A stretch of DNA of 64,000 nucleotides from a virus (IMGVR_UViG_3300023179_003795:1-64000); one strand, 5' to 3'. Positions 20,086 to 29,918 are shown, counted from the first letter of the stretch. Numbers and translations: made by a program. The notes: generated by a model not told the origin, from the sequence alone.

Positions 20086-21042
20086 TTACTTTTCTATTTT
20101 TGATAATTTTTTGTAATAATAAATATCTTCATATAAATGATCTTTAGCAATTTCTCTAGCAATTCTATTTTTATTGGTGTGTTCCATTTCAACTTTAATA
20201 CCCTTTAACCATTCTTTCATCGCTATTTGTGGTAATATTTTATGTTTTTTAGCGATTTCAATAATTGTCATACCACTTGATTTACCACCAGATATTACTT
20301 CTTCATTAACCCATTTTGTCTTTGTTAAATGAATATTTCCTTTATACCCCTTCGGATATGTTGGCGTTAATTTCATTTCACCTGATAATGAACTTTCACC
20401 CCTATATTTATTACTTAATTCCAAAGGAGAGTCAACAGCTCCTTGAGAACAATAAGGGAATTTTCTACACTTACTCTTTATTTTAACAAATTTACCACCT
20501 TTTCCACCATAAGTTGTCTTAGCACCTTGTCTCATATTTGGAATATTCTTAGCCAAGAAACCAGGGGTTTCATATGACCCAGTTGATGCTGAACCTGTTT
20601 CTTCTTTAATAATTTTTTCTATTAAAGAAATTAACTCACTTTCTGTTATTGTTAAAGTTTTTTTTATACTCTCTTTTCTTGGTTTATATGAAGCCATTGC
20701 TGGTTTATTACCTTTACCTACTTTACTATGTGTTTTTTCAACCCTTCTTTTCTGAGCACAAGCAGCCCTTTTTTGTTCATCAGTCATCTTAGATGCGACA
20801 CTAGCAGCCCTACATTTAGGGTATGATTTATCGGTAGCCTTTTCTCTACCACAAGGAGGATGTTTCCCATCTTCCTTACGACATATATTAACCCAAGGTC
20901 CTTTAGGTTGCTTACTACCTTTTGGCTTCTTCTTAGTTCCAAACCAAACAGCCAAATCCTCATTGGTTAAATCTTCCCTTATTTTCTTCCTAATATTTTC
21001 CATAACATTAACAATATGATCCTGAACATTTTTTCTGTCCAT
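20086..21042 (-). CDS. Hypothetical basic Cys-containing protein with an internal TITESELISLIEKIIKEETGSAS segment
   Basis: 318 aa. It overlaps the upstream ORF by 35 nt, so an alternative start at 21003 (MENIRKK) is possible. It shares the ITESELISLIE + KEETG.AS.G block with 21008..21676. Confidence 0.5.
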   Translation of the reverse strand: MDRKNVQDHIVNVMENIRKKIREDLTNEDLAVWFGTKKKPKGSKQPKGPWVNICRKEDGKHPPCGREKATDKSYPKCRAASVASKMTDEQKRAACAQKRRVEKTHSKVGKGNKPAMASYKPRKESIKKTLTITESELISLIEKIIKEETGSASTGSYETPGFLAKNIPNMRQGAKTTYGGKGGKFVKIKSKCRKFPYCSQGAVDSPLELSNKYRGESSLSGEMKLTPTYPKGYKGNIHLTKTKWVNEEVISGGKSSGMTIIEIAKKHKILPQIAMKEWLKGIKVEMEHTNKNRIAREIAKDHLYEDIYYYKKLSKIEK

Positions 21043-21676
21043 CCAAACCTTTCATTCTTCCCTTACATACTTGAACAGCAAAGCCATTTGCATAAGCACT
21101 AGGGTAAACTTTAAACTTTGATTTAGCAGCGGCTTTACCTCTAGCACATAATTTAGTTCCGGTTTTCTTTTTACCCTCAGATAAACTTTCATCCATCTCC
21201 ATATATTCTTTAAGTTTAATAAACTCTTCTTTAGTTAAACCTGTCCTTATTTTTTTTCTGATTGGTTGATCCAATGCTGTTGAGAATGCTCCTGATGACG
21301 CTGTTCCGGTTTCTTCTTTAATATTTTTCTTATCTCTAACATCCTTAATGTTATAATATAATGTATCCCACCAATCATCATCCTTCATATATTTATTAGC
21401 CATTTGAATATTGATTGAGGCATTTTCAATATAATTATCCACAGCTTTTTCAACGTCTGTATCAATATATTTTTCAGGTAATACTTCTTCAATTTCAATA
21501 GCCACATTCATAGGAGACATCATTCTAAAATCTATTGATTGACCTAAACCTTTATTATCTCTTTTATAGATTCCGTAAGTCATATCTTGACCACCAGAAT
21601 CTTCACCATATTCTTTAATCATTCTTTCAATTAAAGAAATTAATTCACTTTCTTTTAATGTTATTGTTTTTTTCAT
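21008..21676 (-). CDS. Hypothetical protein starting MKKTITLKESELISLIERMIKEYGED (leader-type N-terminus)
   Basis: 222 aa. The C-terminus is KVYPSAYANGFAVQVCKGRMKG ... CSGSYC. Paralogous in part to 20086..21042. Confidence 0.5.
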   Translation of the reverse strand: MKKTITLKESELISLIERMIKEYGEDSGGQDMTYGIYKRDNKGLGQSIDFRMMSPMNVAIEIEEVLPEKYIDTDVEKAVDNYIENASINIQMANKYMKDDDWWDTLYYNIKDVRDKKNIKEETGTASSGAFSTALDQPIRKKIRTGLTKEEFIKLKEYMEMDESLSEGKKKTGTKLCARGKAAAKSKFKVYPSAYANGFAVQVCKGRMKGLDGQKKCSGSYC

Positions 21677-22752
21677 ATAATTGTTTTTAATATTTTATGT
21701 ACAGATTCCTCTACACTATATTTAAGATTAATATTAGGGTTTGTTGATGTTGAATAATAATTATAACGATCCCTACTCTTTACTATATTTTTTTTAGTTT
21801 TGTTTGTCCTTTTTTCTTTATAAGTTCTTTCTAATTGTTTCATAACTTTTTCTCTTACTTCGTTAGGTATCCGATTATACACACTAGGACTTTTAGTTAT
21901 AAATTCATTTTTTGTTTTATAATCCATAGATTTAATATAATCTAATACTTGTTCAAATGTAGCCGTTTCAAGATTAAATCCATATTTATAATTATAATTC
22001 CTTTCTTTCTTTTCTAAGTGTTTCATAACTTTTTCTCTTACTTCGTTAGGTATCTGACTATACACATTTTTACTTTTACTTCTAAATTCATCTTTTGTTT
22101 TATAACCCATAGATTCAATATAATCTAATACTTGTTCAAATGTAGCCGTTTCAAGATTAAATCCATATTTATAATTTCCTTTATAAGTTCTTTCTTTCTT
22201 TTCTAAGTGTTTCATAACTTTCCCTCTAACTTCGTTAGACATCTTAGTATACACAGTAGGACTTTTAGTTGTAAATTCATTTTTTGTTTTATAACCCATA
22301 GATTCAATATATTCTAATACTTGTTCAAATGTGGCTGTTTTAGGATTAAATCCATATTTATTTGGGAATGTTTGAGTTAAAATATCATCAACATTTTTAG
22401 TTAAATTATATTTTTTAGATATCTTACGTGATAAATCATATAATCTCCGATTTTTTACCCTTAAATCTTCTCTACCTTTATATTTAACCAATTTTCCATT
22501 TTCATCTATATAACCATCCAATATTTCTTGTTTGATTTGTTCTGGTGTCATTTTATCATAAAACAATCTTTTAACATACCAAACTAAACCTTGCTTTCTA
22601 GCACTATCATATAATTGATTAAATTTAATTTCAAATTCATCAATATTATTAACTAATTTAACGGCTTGCTTAATTTCTCTCCACCATAAACTCTTAGCTC
22701 CTTCATTTAATAAAAGTGAATTAAATTGTTGTTCTGTTATTAAAATCTTCAT
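21673..22752 (-). CDS. Tandem-repeat protein (3 x about 47 aa repeats) with a shared 125-aa N-terminal domain (MKILITEQQFNSLLLNEGA...)
   Basis: 359 aa. Repeats are ...KYGFNLETATFEQVLDYIESMGYKTKDEF..S.SVY..IPNEVREKVMKHLE x3. The N-terminal about 125 aa are about 90% identical to those of 51886..53019. Confidence 0.65.
   Translation of the reverse strand: MKILITEQQFNSLLLNEGAKSLWWREIKQAVKLVNNIDEFEIKFNQLYDSARKQGLVWYVKRLFYDKMTPEQIKQEILDGYIDENGKLVKYKGREDLRVKNRRLYDLSRKISKKYNLTKNVDDILTQTFPNKYGFNPKTATFEQVLEYIESMGYKTKNEFTTKSPTVYTKMSNEVRGKVMKHLEKKERTYKGNYKYGFNLETATFEQVLDYIESMGYKTKDEFRSKSKNVYSQIPNEVREKVMKHLEKKERNYNYKYGFNLETATFEQVLDYIKSMDYKTKNEFITKSPSVYNRIPNEVREKVMKQLERTYKEKRTNKTKKNIVKSRDRYNYYSTSTNPNINLKYSVEESVHKILKTII
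22465..22752 (-). repeat. About 280-bp direct repeat, about 93% identical to 52745..53019 (shared N-terminal domain DNA)
   Basis: Nucleotide alignment by eye gives long identical runs (ttcatctatataaccatccaatatttcttgttt ... ataaaagtgaattaaattgttgttctgttat). Confidence 0.75.
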
Positions 22753-22754
22753 AC

Positions 22755-23003
22755 TTATTTACCTAAATTAGTTACCCAAAAGTTTCTTCTCATCCATAAT
22801 GTTTTATATAGAGATACCAACACTTCTTTTGATATATCAGTCATTATTTTTTCAGTATCTTTACCCTTTAACTCTTTCTTTAATAAATCAAGAACAGTTT
22901 TTTCCAAATCCTTATCAATTAAATCCTTTATTTGTGATTTAATCATCTTTTCAATTTGATTTTTTTCTGTCTTATTTAATTCTTCAAATAATATTTTTCT
23001 CAT
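22755..23003 (-). CDS. Hypothetical small helical protein
   Basis: 82 aa, K/E-rich. The start follows ctatttatacatatATG. Confidence 0.45.
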   Translation of the reverse strand: MRKILFEELNKTEKNQIEKMIKSQIKDLIDKDLEKTVLDLLKKELKGKDTEKIMTDISKEVLVSLYKTLWMRRNFWVTNLGK

Positions 23004-23017
23004 ATATGTATAAATAG

Positions 23018-23410
23018 TTATAGTTTATATGTTTTACTATCATTCCTTAATTCACTTACTTCGTAATCAAAAGACACTAATAATTTATTTTCTTCAGTTA
23101 TATCTATATCACCCCATATGTGGAATATACCATCAATTCGATCAGCAATCCCTTCAATTAATTTATAAACCGGAGTTTCAAACTCATATAATTCACGGTG
23201 ATTATTACCCCCATCAAAGACACCATGCATATACCAATTCCATTCGTCAGGAGTTGTACTCATATCAAATCGAACACTTGTTTCATTATCTTTTATATAT
23301 TGAAGAACAGGATTCATTCCAATTTCAGATAAATATTGTCTATCCCTTTCATCAATTCTCCTGGGGATAAATAACTTCTTTTTTTGATCTTCACTAATAA
23401 TAATTTTCAT
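23018..23410 (-). CDS. Hypothetical protein carrying the N-terminal leader (MKIIISEDQKKKLFIPRRIDERDRQ)
   Basis: 130 aa. The start is embedded in the reiterated terminator-promoter cassette; the first codons are near-identical at the DNA level to the start of 30520..31389. Confidence 0.6.
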   Translation of the reverse strand: MKIIISEDQKKKLFIPRRIDERDRQYLSEIGMNPVLQYIKDNETSVRFDMSTTPDEWNWYMHGVFDGGNNHRELYEFETPVYKLIEGIADRIDGIFHIWGDIDITEENKLLVSFDYEVSELRNDSKTYKL

Positions 23411-23467
23411 ATCTATATAAATACTTCAGAACATAAAAAAACCCCAATAAAGGGGTTTTAATTTTTT
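23411..23467 (-). promoter_or_regulatory. Terminator-promoter cassette (hairpin aaaacccc-aataaa-ggggtttt, then T-tract, then gtatttatatagatATG)
   Basis: About 68 nt identical to 31374..31442. Read on the minus strand it is a GC-centred hairpin, a U-tract, a TATTTATAT motif, then ATG 4 nt later. Confidence 0.55.
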
Positions 23468-24184
23468 TTATATTAACATTTTCAATCCATCCTTTTCACA
23501 TATATACCCATCCGTATTATTAAGTATCATTTTATTATCAAAGATATGGACATTATTTTCAACCACACAAATCATATAGTCAATATTATGATACAATTTA
23601 TTTATACCATTATATTTAATCTCATATGAATTATCATCATTTAATACGATTGATGAACAAGTTTTAATTTGAGCCTTGAATTCTTTACCATTCTTAATAT
23701 TCTTAATGGTAATGTCATAACCACCAATCATATCATTCAAATCACCTAATTTACCAACACTAATTACTTCATAACCACCTTTAGATTCGAAATGTTTTTT
23801 TAATTTGACTACAACTAAATCTTCTTTTTTACCACCTTTAGATGACGTGTATTGGATTTTATCAGTTATTTTAGGTAACATACCAATCCAATGCCATTTA
23901 TCACTTAATACGTAATCCATCATAGTTTCATACCCTTCTTTAGTTGATGGGTTGAAATTAATCTTAGTGAGGGTTTCATCGACTATTATACCATAAGCCA
24001 AAAAATTAGTATTGATATAATTTAATATACTTTCCTCCTCACATTTATTTGTTTTAAATATTCTTGGTTGTCTATACCCTCCCACTTCTTTTAATAGTTG
24101 TGGATGGTGAGCTTCAAATATCCTTATGTAGTCGTTTTTGAATATCTTAAAACCAATGGTTTCTTTTAATTCTTTCCAGTTCAT
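23468..24184 (-). CDS. Hypothetical protein
   Basis: The track ORF (to 24274) begins inside a palindromic terminator hairpin. The start at 24184 (MNWKELKETIG...) follows tgtataaatattaaatatATG (TATAAATA). Confidence 0.5.
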   Translation of the reverse strand: MNWKELKETIGFKIFKNDYIRIFEAHHPQLLKEVGGYRQPRIFKTNKCEEESILNYINTNFLAYGIIVDETLTKINFNPSTKEGYETMMDYVLSDKWHWIGMLPKITDKIQYTSSKGGKKEDLVVVKLKKHFESKGGYEVISVGKLGDLNDMIGGYDITIKNIKNGKEFKAQIKTCSSIVLNDDNSYEIKYNGINKLYHNIDYMICVVENNVHIFDNKMILNNTDGYICEKDGLKMLI

Positions 24185-24228
24185 ATATTTAATATTTATA
24201 CAAATATATAGTAATAATTTAATAAAAA

Positions 24229-24259
24229 CAAAAAAAGGGGTGAAAACCCCCTTTTTTTT
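24229..24259. terminator. Palindromic bidirectional terminator (aaaaaaagggg-tgaaaac-ccccttttttt)
   Basis: Perfect inverted repeat with A/T runs on both sides, lying between the stop of 24316..25539 and the start region of the next gene. Confidence 0.55.
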
Positions 24260-24315
24260 ACAATTTTTCACCAATATAACATTCAGGTGATAAACTTAAA
24301 CTATTACTATCCATA

Positions 24316-25539
24316 CTACTTATTCTTTAAATCTAAGGTTAAATCTCTTGCGGCTTTTGCTCCCATAAGTTCCATAAAATTCAAAGCCCCATTACCATTA
24401 CCACCACCTGATTGAATTTGTGGAACTACATTACCTTGATATTTACCGAAAGCGTCCGCCCAATATCTTTGAACTTCTTTATAAGCCGCTAACTTTTGTT
24501 CCAAAGCCCCATTCGCTTGAATTTCAGTTCGTTTAGCGTATGCTTGAGCGTCTGCCAATGTCTTAATCTTCTTGGCTTCTAATTCAGCGGCTTGAGCTTG
24601 AATCCTTTGTTGTTCCATATCTTGTTTAGCCACTTCAACCTTTGTTTCAGCCGCTACAACTTGTTTGGTTTGTTCTTGTTTTTGTTGGTATTCAATCTCA
24701 ACCAATCGTTGTTCACCTTTAGCCTTAGCAGTTAATTGTTGTTGTTGTGCGGTTAATAATTCTTGTTTAGATACTGAAGCCTTTGTTGATGCGTCAATTT
24801 TCTTACCTAACATATCATCCACTCTTTTTTCATAATCCACATCGGTAATCTGAGCATCTGCCACCTGAATACCATATTCTTTGATTGATGAAAACTTACG
24901 TTTAGAATTACCTAATTTATCTGTAACTTGATTAGTTTCATATACCCTTTTAGTTTCTTTCGCTAAACTATCATATACGACTCTATCACTTGTTTTAAGA
25001 ATGAATACACCATTTTTTAACTGATCTAAATAATCCTGAGCCATCTGTGCTCTACCACCAGAATAATGAGCCTCTGAATTCATTAACTGAGCTGATGATT
25101 GGAGACATTCTTTAGTATAAGGAGCCAATCGTTTAGATACCAATGATTGTGGTGTTCGGTGTGTATTGTGCATTATAATCATTTCTTTTTCATCCATAGG
25201 TAGGATATATTGTGTGATACCACTTACAAGTGCTGTGGTAGCATCTCCACCAAAACGAATTAAGATTTTACCAATTTCAATAGTCCCATCATTTAAATCC
25301 ATATCAGGTTGATCGGCTTGATAACTTACTGAAATCTGATTAGGCCATTCTTTATGCTTGGATAAAAATCCTGCGTAATATACACCAGGTGTGAATTGAA
25401 CGAATTGTTTACCATCCATCTGTTCCACTACGGTTCGTTCACCCGCATGGTTATAAGAAAATGGATTGAAAGATAGAAGAGCGATAGTAGCGATAACTCC
25501 AACTACTAATTTTACGATTGTTGATTTTTGGATTTCCAT
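24316..25539 (-). CDS. SPFH/band-7 (prohibitin/HflKC/stomatin-like) membrane protein
   Basis: 407 aa with an N-terminal TM (IVKLVVGVIATIALL), an SPFH-like core and a long Q/A/E/K-rich coiled coil (QAQAAELEAKKIKTLADAQAYAKRTEIQANG) typical of HflK/C. Confidence 0.75.
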   Translation of the reverse strand: MEIQKSTIVKLVVGVIATIALLSFNPFSYNHAGERTVVEQMDGKQFVQFTPGVYYAGFLSKHKEWPNQISVSYQADQPDMDLNDGTIEIGKILIRFGGDATTALVSGITQYILPMDEKEMIIMHNTHRTPQSLVSKRLAPYTKECLQSSAQLMNSEAHYSGGRAQMAQDYLDQLKNGVFILKTSDRVVYDSLAKETKRVYETNQVTDKLGNSKRKFSSIKEYGIQVADAQITDVDYEKRVDDMLGKKIDASTKASVSKQELLTAQQQQLTAKAKGEQRLVEIEYQQKQEQTKQVVAAETKVEVAKQDMEQQRIQAQAAELEAKKIKTLADAQAYAKRTEIQANGALEQKLAAYKEVQRYWADAFGKYQGNVVPQIQSGGGNGNGALNFMELMGAKAARDLTLDLKNK

Positions 25540-25596
25540 ATTTATTTACTTTTAATTTTTTTACAAAAATAATACTTTTTTTTAAACTGCCAAATT

Positions 25597-25842
25597 TTAT
25601 TTTTTAATTTCAGTTTTTTTACGAATCTCTTTTACTTTTTTTTCGGTTTCATTAACCTTTTCCACTACTTCTTGATAATCACCAGTCTTTTCTTCAACTT
25701 CCTTTTCAAGGTCATCTAACTCTTTTGGGTTATCACTTTCTTTACTTTTTTTATTTTTACTAAGGTAATTGACTAACCAATCACCACCAAAATAACTTAT
25801 AACCAACACCGCGATTATAATTACAAACATTATTACTCTCAT
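25597..25842 (-). CDS. Small membrane protein with an N-terminal TM and a charged coiled-coil tail
   Basis: 81 aa (MRVIMFVIIIAVLVISYFGG...). Its role is unknown. Confidence 0.4.
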   Translation of the reverse strand: MRVIMFVIIIAVLVISYFGGDWLVNYLSKNKKSKESDNPKELDDLEKEVEEKTGDYQEVVEKVNETEKKVKEIRKKTEIKK

Positions 25843-25868
25843 ACTTCAAATATATTATTTTTTTTATA

Positions 25869-26036
25869 CTAATCAAATTTTTTTAATACTTTTTTTACAA
25901 TTTCGTGAATTTTAAATATTTCACCATTCGATGAATTTTTCGTTAATAACTCAATACTTTCCAATGCCGATTTATATTCGTCATGCCTCATTTGAAAATC
26001 AATAGTTTCTTCAAAAGAATCTTTTTTATTTTTCAT
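25869..26036 (-). CDS. Small hypothetical ORF (55 aa), not in the track
   Basis: Manual translation gives MKNKKDSFEETIDFQMRHDEYKSALESIELLTKNSSNGEIFKIHEIVKKVLKKFD, filling an otherwise uncoded gap. Below the track's length threshold. Confidence 0.3.
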   Translation of the reverse strand: MKNKKDSFEETIDFQMRHDEYKSALESIELLTKNSSNGEIFKIHEIVKKVLKKFD

Positions 26037-26037
26037 A

Positions 26038-26499
26038 TTATATACTTCTTAATTTAGAATACATCCCAATTTTTTTTTCAGTATTTTCACTCGGAACAAT
26101 AGTAATTTCATTCCAAAATAACTCACCCTTCTCTAATTCAGACACAAAATTATCTTTCAATTTGTCTATGTTATAGATAGATGTATTTTTTAATGACGTT
26201 ATAAACTTATTTTTAATGTCCTCCAATAAAAAATCATTTTTTTCAGTTTTTATACTACAAATTACAAAAAACTCCATCCCAACCCCTTCTTCCGTTACAC
26301 CACTAATATTAAAATTAAATTTATTATTTTCATTATTTATAATAGCCTCTATCTTAGATTTATATGATATATGTTTATTATAAAATGTATATGCTAAACC
26401 TGACGATATTAAACACACAACCAATAATAATGTAATTATGTCATTTTTCATGCTACAAAAATTATCCTTCATCATCATCCCAAATAACAGGAACACCAT
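26038..26499 (-). CDS. Hypothetical protein with an N-terminal signal/anchor
   Basis: 153 aa with the hydrophobic stretch ITLLLVVCLISSGLAYTF near the N-terminus. Confidence 0.45.
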   Translation of the reverse strand: MVFLLFGMMMKDNFCSMKNDIITLLLVVCLISSGLAYTFYNKHISYKSKIEAIINNENNKFNFNISGVTEEGVGMEFFVICSIKTEKNDFLLEDIKNKFITSLKNTSIYNIDKLKDNFVSELEKGELFWNEITIVPSENTEKKIGMYSKLRSI

Positions 26500-26788
26500 T
26501 ACTCATTATTTTATCATCCATAACTAAATGTTCGTAGAATATAACACTAATTACTTCGTTATCGTATTCAACCAATATCATCATTATTTCAGATATTTGA
26601 TTTAAAACAGTCCTTACTTTACACATAAAAGGTTCTGATACAATAAGACATATTTTAGCGTCAGTATTATATGTTCCGGCTAAATATTTTTGTTCGTTAT
26701 TGTATGGATATTGTGTTGATGTTGTTAGATTTACCGAATATGAATTATCGTTAGGTATGTAATATTTTCCAATTAAACTTTCTTTCAT
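26462..26788 (-). CDS. Hypothetical protein
   Basis: 108 aa ORF overlapping the next gene by 38 nt; an internal start is possible. Confidence 0.4.
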   Translation of the reverse strand: MKESLIGKYYIPNDNSYSVNLTTSTQYPYNNEQKYLAGTYNTDAKICLIVSEPFMCKVRTVLNQISEIMMILVEYDNEVISVIFYEHLVMDDKIMSNGVPVIWDDDEG

Positions 26789-26964
26789 TATTTAGCCCTT
26801 TCCAAAATAAAACAAAACTTACCATAGTTAGTTGTAGTTGAATAGTTTTGACCACCCCCTCCATTCGTTACGTGTTGAGCCGTCACAGAAACTACTTTCC
26901 ATCCTTTATCTAAAAGGTTTTGAACGTCATATTGACTATCCGTTATTATTACTTTTTGTTCCAT
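26788..26964 (-). CDS. Small hypothetical ORF (58 aa), not in the track
   Basis: Manual translation gives MEQKVIITDSQYDVQNLLDKGWKVVSVTAQHVTNGGGGQNYSTTTNYGKFCFILERAK, filling the gap between track ORFs. Confidence 0.3.
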   Translation of the reverse strand: MEQKVIITDSQYDVQNLLDKGWKVVSVTAQHVTNGGGGQNYSTTTNYGKFCFILERAK

Positions 26965-26970
26965 ATTATT

Positions 26971-27186
26971 TTAATATATTTTTTTACCACATCTAAGTGG
27001 TGTTCCATCTGAATTAAATACTTGCATAGCCGCTCTGTGTTTTATTTTATACACAAACCCATTTTCACACTCAATTGAGTAATCCCAATGAGCACCAATT
27101 TCATATGGATCTTTCTTAGATTCACAATGTTGACATCCTATTGATATTAATAAAAATATCAAGAAAATAATTAAAATTTCTTTCAT
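26971..27186 (-). CDS. Small secreted Cys-rich protein
   Basis: 71 aa with the signal peptide MKEILIIFLIFLLISIGC followed by a domain with 5 Cys. Confidence 0.4.
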   Translation of the reverse strand: MKEILIIFLIFLLISIGCQHCESKKDPYEIGAHWDYSIECENGFVYKIKHRAAMQVFNSDGTPLRCGKKIY

Positions 27187-27203
27187 ACTACAAAGATATT
27201 AAA

Positions 27204-27461
27204 TTAAACCTTAGAAACCAAATTTTCTTTTCTTTTTTTATACCACACAGTTCCCGCAGTTCCAATAAACGAACCAATAACCGCAGGTATTATAAGATAA
27301 TGATTGGTTGAATATGATAACACAACCAAAGCACCTATTAAATAAATCACCACAGCCCAAAATCCTGATTGGAATGGTTTTCTTTCTTCAACTTTAATCA
27401 AATATAAAGTCCAAGCAATATCAACAATAATTGTCGCAATAAAAATTAAAATATATTCCAT
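27204..27461 (-). CDS. Small membrane protein with 2-3 TM helices (holin-like topology)
   Basis: 85 aa of hydrophobic helices ending in the basic tail YKKRKENLVSKV. No lysin is adjacent, so holin status is uncertain. Confidence 0.35.
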   Translation of the reverse strand: MEYILIFIATIIVDIAWTLYLIKVEERKPFQSGFWAVVIYLIGALVVLSYSTNHYLIIPAVIGSFIGTAGTVWYKKRKENLVSKV

Positions 27462-27517
27462 AGTACAAATATACTACTTTTTTATATATATCCAAAAAAA
27501 TTTTTTACTTTATGTTT

Positions 27518-28693
27518 TTATCTAACCATATCAATACCACCCTTTTCAATCCTATCCAAAGTGTAAATCTCCAACTCAGTTCTTAACCTATCTTCACTTT
27601 TTATTTTTTCATACCTGTGTTGTGATTTGTTTTTCCACCATTCAATCATATTTGACAAATGGTATCTATCCCAATTTTCTTTTTTCTCTAAAGGTATACT
27701 CCCACCACTTTTAATATATTCAAAAACATTTTCATAACCATATGTGGAGTAATAATACCTCTTTTTGGTTTTAGATTTCATATTGGTATTTGTGAATTTA
27801 TTAAATGTAACATATAATTCATTATCATAAACTTTTAAATGGTTTTTAATGATGGAAATCATTTTGTTAAATTCTCTGAGTTTAGGACCCGAACCTTTTG
27901 GATCTACCAATGAACCACCCCACTCCGATTTACCAAAATGTTGTCTTAAAAAATCCCTTATTTCCATATATATGTTTTCATTTGGAAATAAAAATAAATC
28001 AGAATCAGTCATACTACCATACCTCATGAAAGGTCTTAGACCATCATATTGACTAACACCCTTTATATCACCATACAATGACGTTGTTTCCATGAATAAA
28101 GTTTCTATTTTATCCCCATATTTTTCATTTAAAATATTTCTAACTTCGTGTGATGAACATATTAACGCTAATAACTTTCCACCCAAATAATTATAACCAA
28201 ACGGTTGTACTGGTACAATGATAGATCCATTTATCATATATCTATTCACCTCATTAGCTGTTAGTCTAAAATCATCAAAAAGGATATTTCTCGGTTTTAT
28301 TGATATAACCGGTGATGATAATCTAATAAATCCAACATATTTATTGGTTGTTGTTTCTTTAACACCCAACATAATTTGTCTACCAATCTGAGATTCCAAA
28401 GGTAGTGAAATTATAATTTGAGTCATAGGGTTAAATAATTTACCATCAATAACCTCAAGTTTAAAATTCATATCTTTTGGTTCTATTGTGTAATCATCAA
28501 ACATTAAATCAACCCATTTAGTGTAGTCAATATCAACAATCTTTTCTTTCTTTCTTTCCAAAAAATAATCCTGTATACCAGTCAATTTTTCGTAAAATGA
28601 TGTTAATTTATTCGCCAAACCAATTGTTTCTTCTTGAGTTAATTTAATATTGTTATTTCCTATTGTTTCTGTATGTTCCATAATGAAAAACAT
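27518..28693 (-). CDS. Hypothetical protein
   Basis: 391 aa. I recognise no domain; the block VPVQPFGYNYLGGKLLALICSSHEV is unassigned. Confidence 0.5.
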   Translation of the reverse strand: MFFIMEHTETIGNNNIKLTQEETIGLANKLTSFYEKLTGIQDYFLERKKEKIVDIDYTKWVDLMFDDYTIEPKDMNFKLEVIDGKLFNPMTQIIISLPLESQIGRQIMLGVKETTTNKYVGFIRLSSPVISIKPRNILFDDFRLTANEVNRYMINGSIIVPVQPFGYNYLGGKLLALICSSHEVRNILNEKYGDKIETLFMETTSLYGDIKGVSQYDGLRPFMRYGSMTDSDLFLFPNENIYMEIRDFLRQHFGKSEWGGSLVDPKGSGPKLREFNKMISIIKNHLKVYDNELYVTFNKFTNTNMKSKTKKRYYYSTYGYENVFEYIKSGGSIPLEKKENWDRYHLSNMIEWWKNKSQHRYEKIKSEDRLRTELEIYTLDRIEKGGIDMVR

Positions 28694-28719
28694 AACAAAA
28701 AATAACTTTTTTGTAAATG

Positions 28720-29646
28720 TTATTTAGCTGATACGGTTTTTTCATTCATACAAAAATCTTTTCTATATTTCAATAAACTTTTTTCTTTCATCTTACTTTC
28801 AATGGTAATCCACACATCTTTACCACAAGAATCAAATGGTTCGTATAACCAATCAGCGTGGGTTTTAATTGTTTTTGTCGGATCTTCGTGTAGTTTCCTA
28901 CTGCTTGAATGATGAACTTCAGGTATTATATTACCCCAAGTCCCATAAGCCAAATTAAATGTTTCCTGATAATCAAACCCACCATTATTACAATAGAAAT
29001 GTAAACTATCAAATACAATTGGTATTCCTATTTCCTGATGTAATTTATATAAATCCTGTGTCATATAGTTATTCTTACCATCATCATTCTCAACGGTTAA
29101 TCTTTTTCTTAACCCTGATGATAATAATTTAAAGTTATCAGCAAATCTTAAAGTCGTTCCTTCTTTATCGTTATATACACCCCCAACGTGAATATTGATA
29201 TTATAAAATGGGGTTTCATCCAATTCCATTAAATCTATCAATTTAGAATGTTGTTCCAACTCATATATGGTTTTTCTAACCACATCTTCATTGGGTGAAG
29301 CCAAACAATTAAAAGGACCTGGATGTAATGAAACCTTATGTCCGTATGATTTAACAAGAGTTCCAGCACCTTTCATAAGGTTTTTAATTGTATTGTAATT
29401 GGGTAAATCCTCAATCTTATACTCTGAGAACCAGGGAAACATATCTGAACTCATTCGGTAGTTCTTAATATTATTCTTTTCATTCCATTTAATAATTTCA
29501 ATCATATCTTTTATGTTGAGAATTATAAGTTCAGAAACATAGGTAAGTCCCTTTGTTTTGAAGGTTTTATTCACCATTCCACGATTGACTGTAATATTAT
29601 TATCAGCCAATGTCATATTTATACAAGCATATCCTAGTTTATCCAT
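28720..29646 (-). CDS. uvdE: UV-damage endonuclease UvdE (TIM-barrel)
   Basis: 308 aa colinear with Bacillus UvdE: GYACINMTL, YRMSSDMFPW, SLHPGPF, INIHVGGVY, TVENDD, FDSLHFY, THADW, ITIESKMKEKSLL. Confidence 0.85.
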   Translation of the reverse strand: MDKLGYACINMTLADNNITVNRGMVNKTFKTKGLTYVSELIILNIKDMIEIIKWNEKNNIKNYRMSSDMFPWFSEYKIEDLPNYNTIKNLMKGAGTLVKSYGHKVSLHPGPFNCLASPNEDVVRKTIYELEQHSKLIDLMELDETPFYNINIHVGGVYNDKEGTTLRFADNFKLLSSGLRKRLTVENDDGKNNYMTQDLYKLHQEIGIPIVFDSLHFYCNNGGFDYQETFNLAYGTWGNIIPEVHHSSSRKLHEDPTKTIKTHADWLYEPFDSCGKDVWITIESKMKEKSLLKYRKDFCMNEKTVSAK

Positions 29647-29918
29647 TTTGTATCGTCAAATTTTTGTGTTAATAAATCATAATGTTCAAAGAAACTTTCC
29701 AATGGCATTGATTTATCACCATTATCAATAATAGATTTAAATCTAATAATTAAAAAGTTATCACCCTTTTCTTTAGCCCAGTCTTTAGTTGCTTCACTAT
29801 GAGTAATACTATTCATACAAAAGGCGTAATTTAATATACCATAGACAATTACCTTATCACCTTTATCTTTGGATTTAAAGATAAGTCCTATTATTTCTTT
29901 CGATACAATATTTTTCAT
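29634..29918 (-). CDS. Hypothetical protein
   Basis: 94 aa ORF overlapping uvdE by 13 nt. Confidence 0.4.
   Translation of the reverse strand: MKNIVSKEIIGLIFKSKDKGDKVIVYGILNYAFCMNSITHSEATKDWAKEKGDNFLIIRFKSIIDNGDKSMPLESFFEHYDLLTQKFDDTKWIN

Noticed and set aside
20086-21676. Programmed frameshift joining 21008..21676 and 20086..21042 (35-nt overlap; both contain the ITESELISLIE + KEETG.AS.G block)
   Set aside because: No slippery heptamer or pseudoknot was evident in the overlap. Simple paralogy with an alternative start at 21003 explains the arrangement.
24185-24274. Extended N-terminus for ORF 23468..24274 (MVKNCKKKGVFTPFFVF...)
   Set aside because: It would translate through a perfect palindromic terminator (aaaaaaagggg...ccccttttttt). 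A start at 24184 follows a TATAAATA motif.
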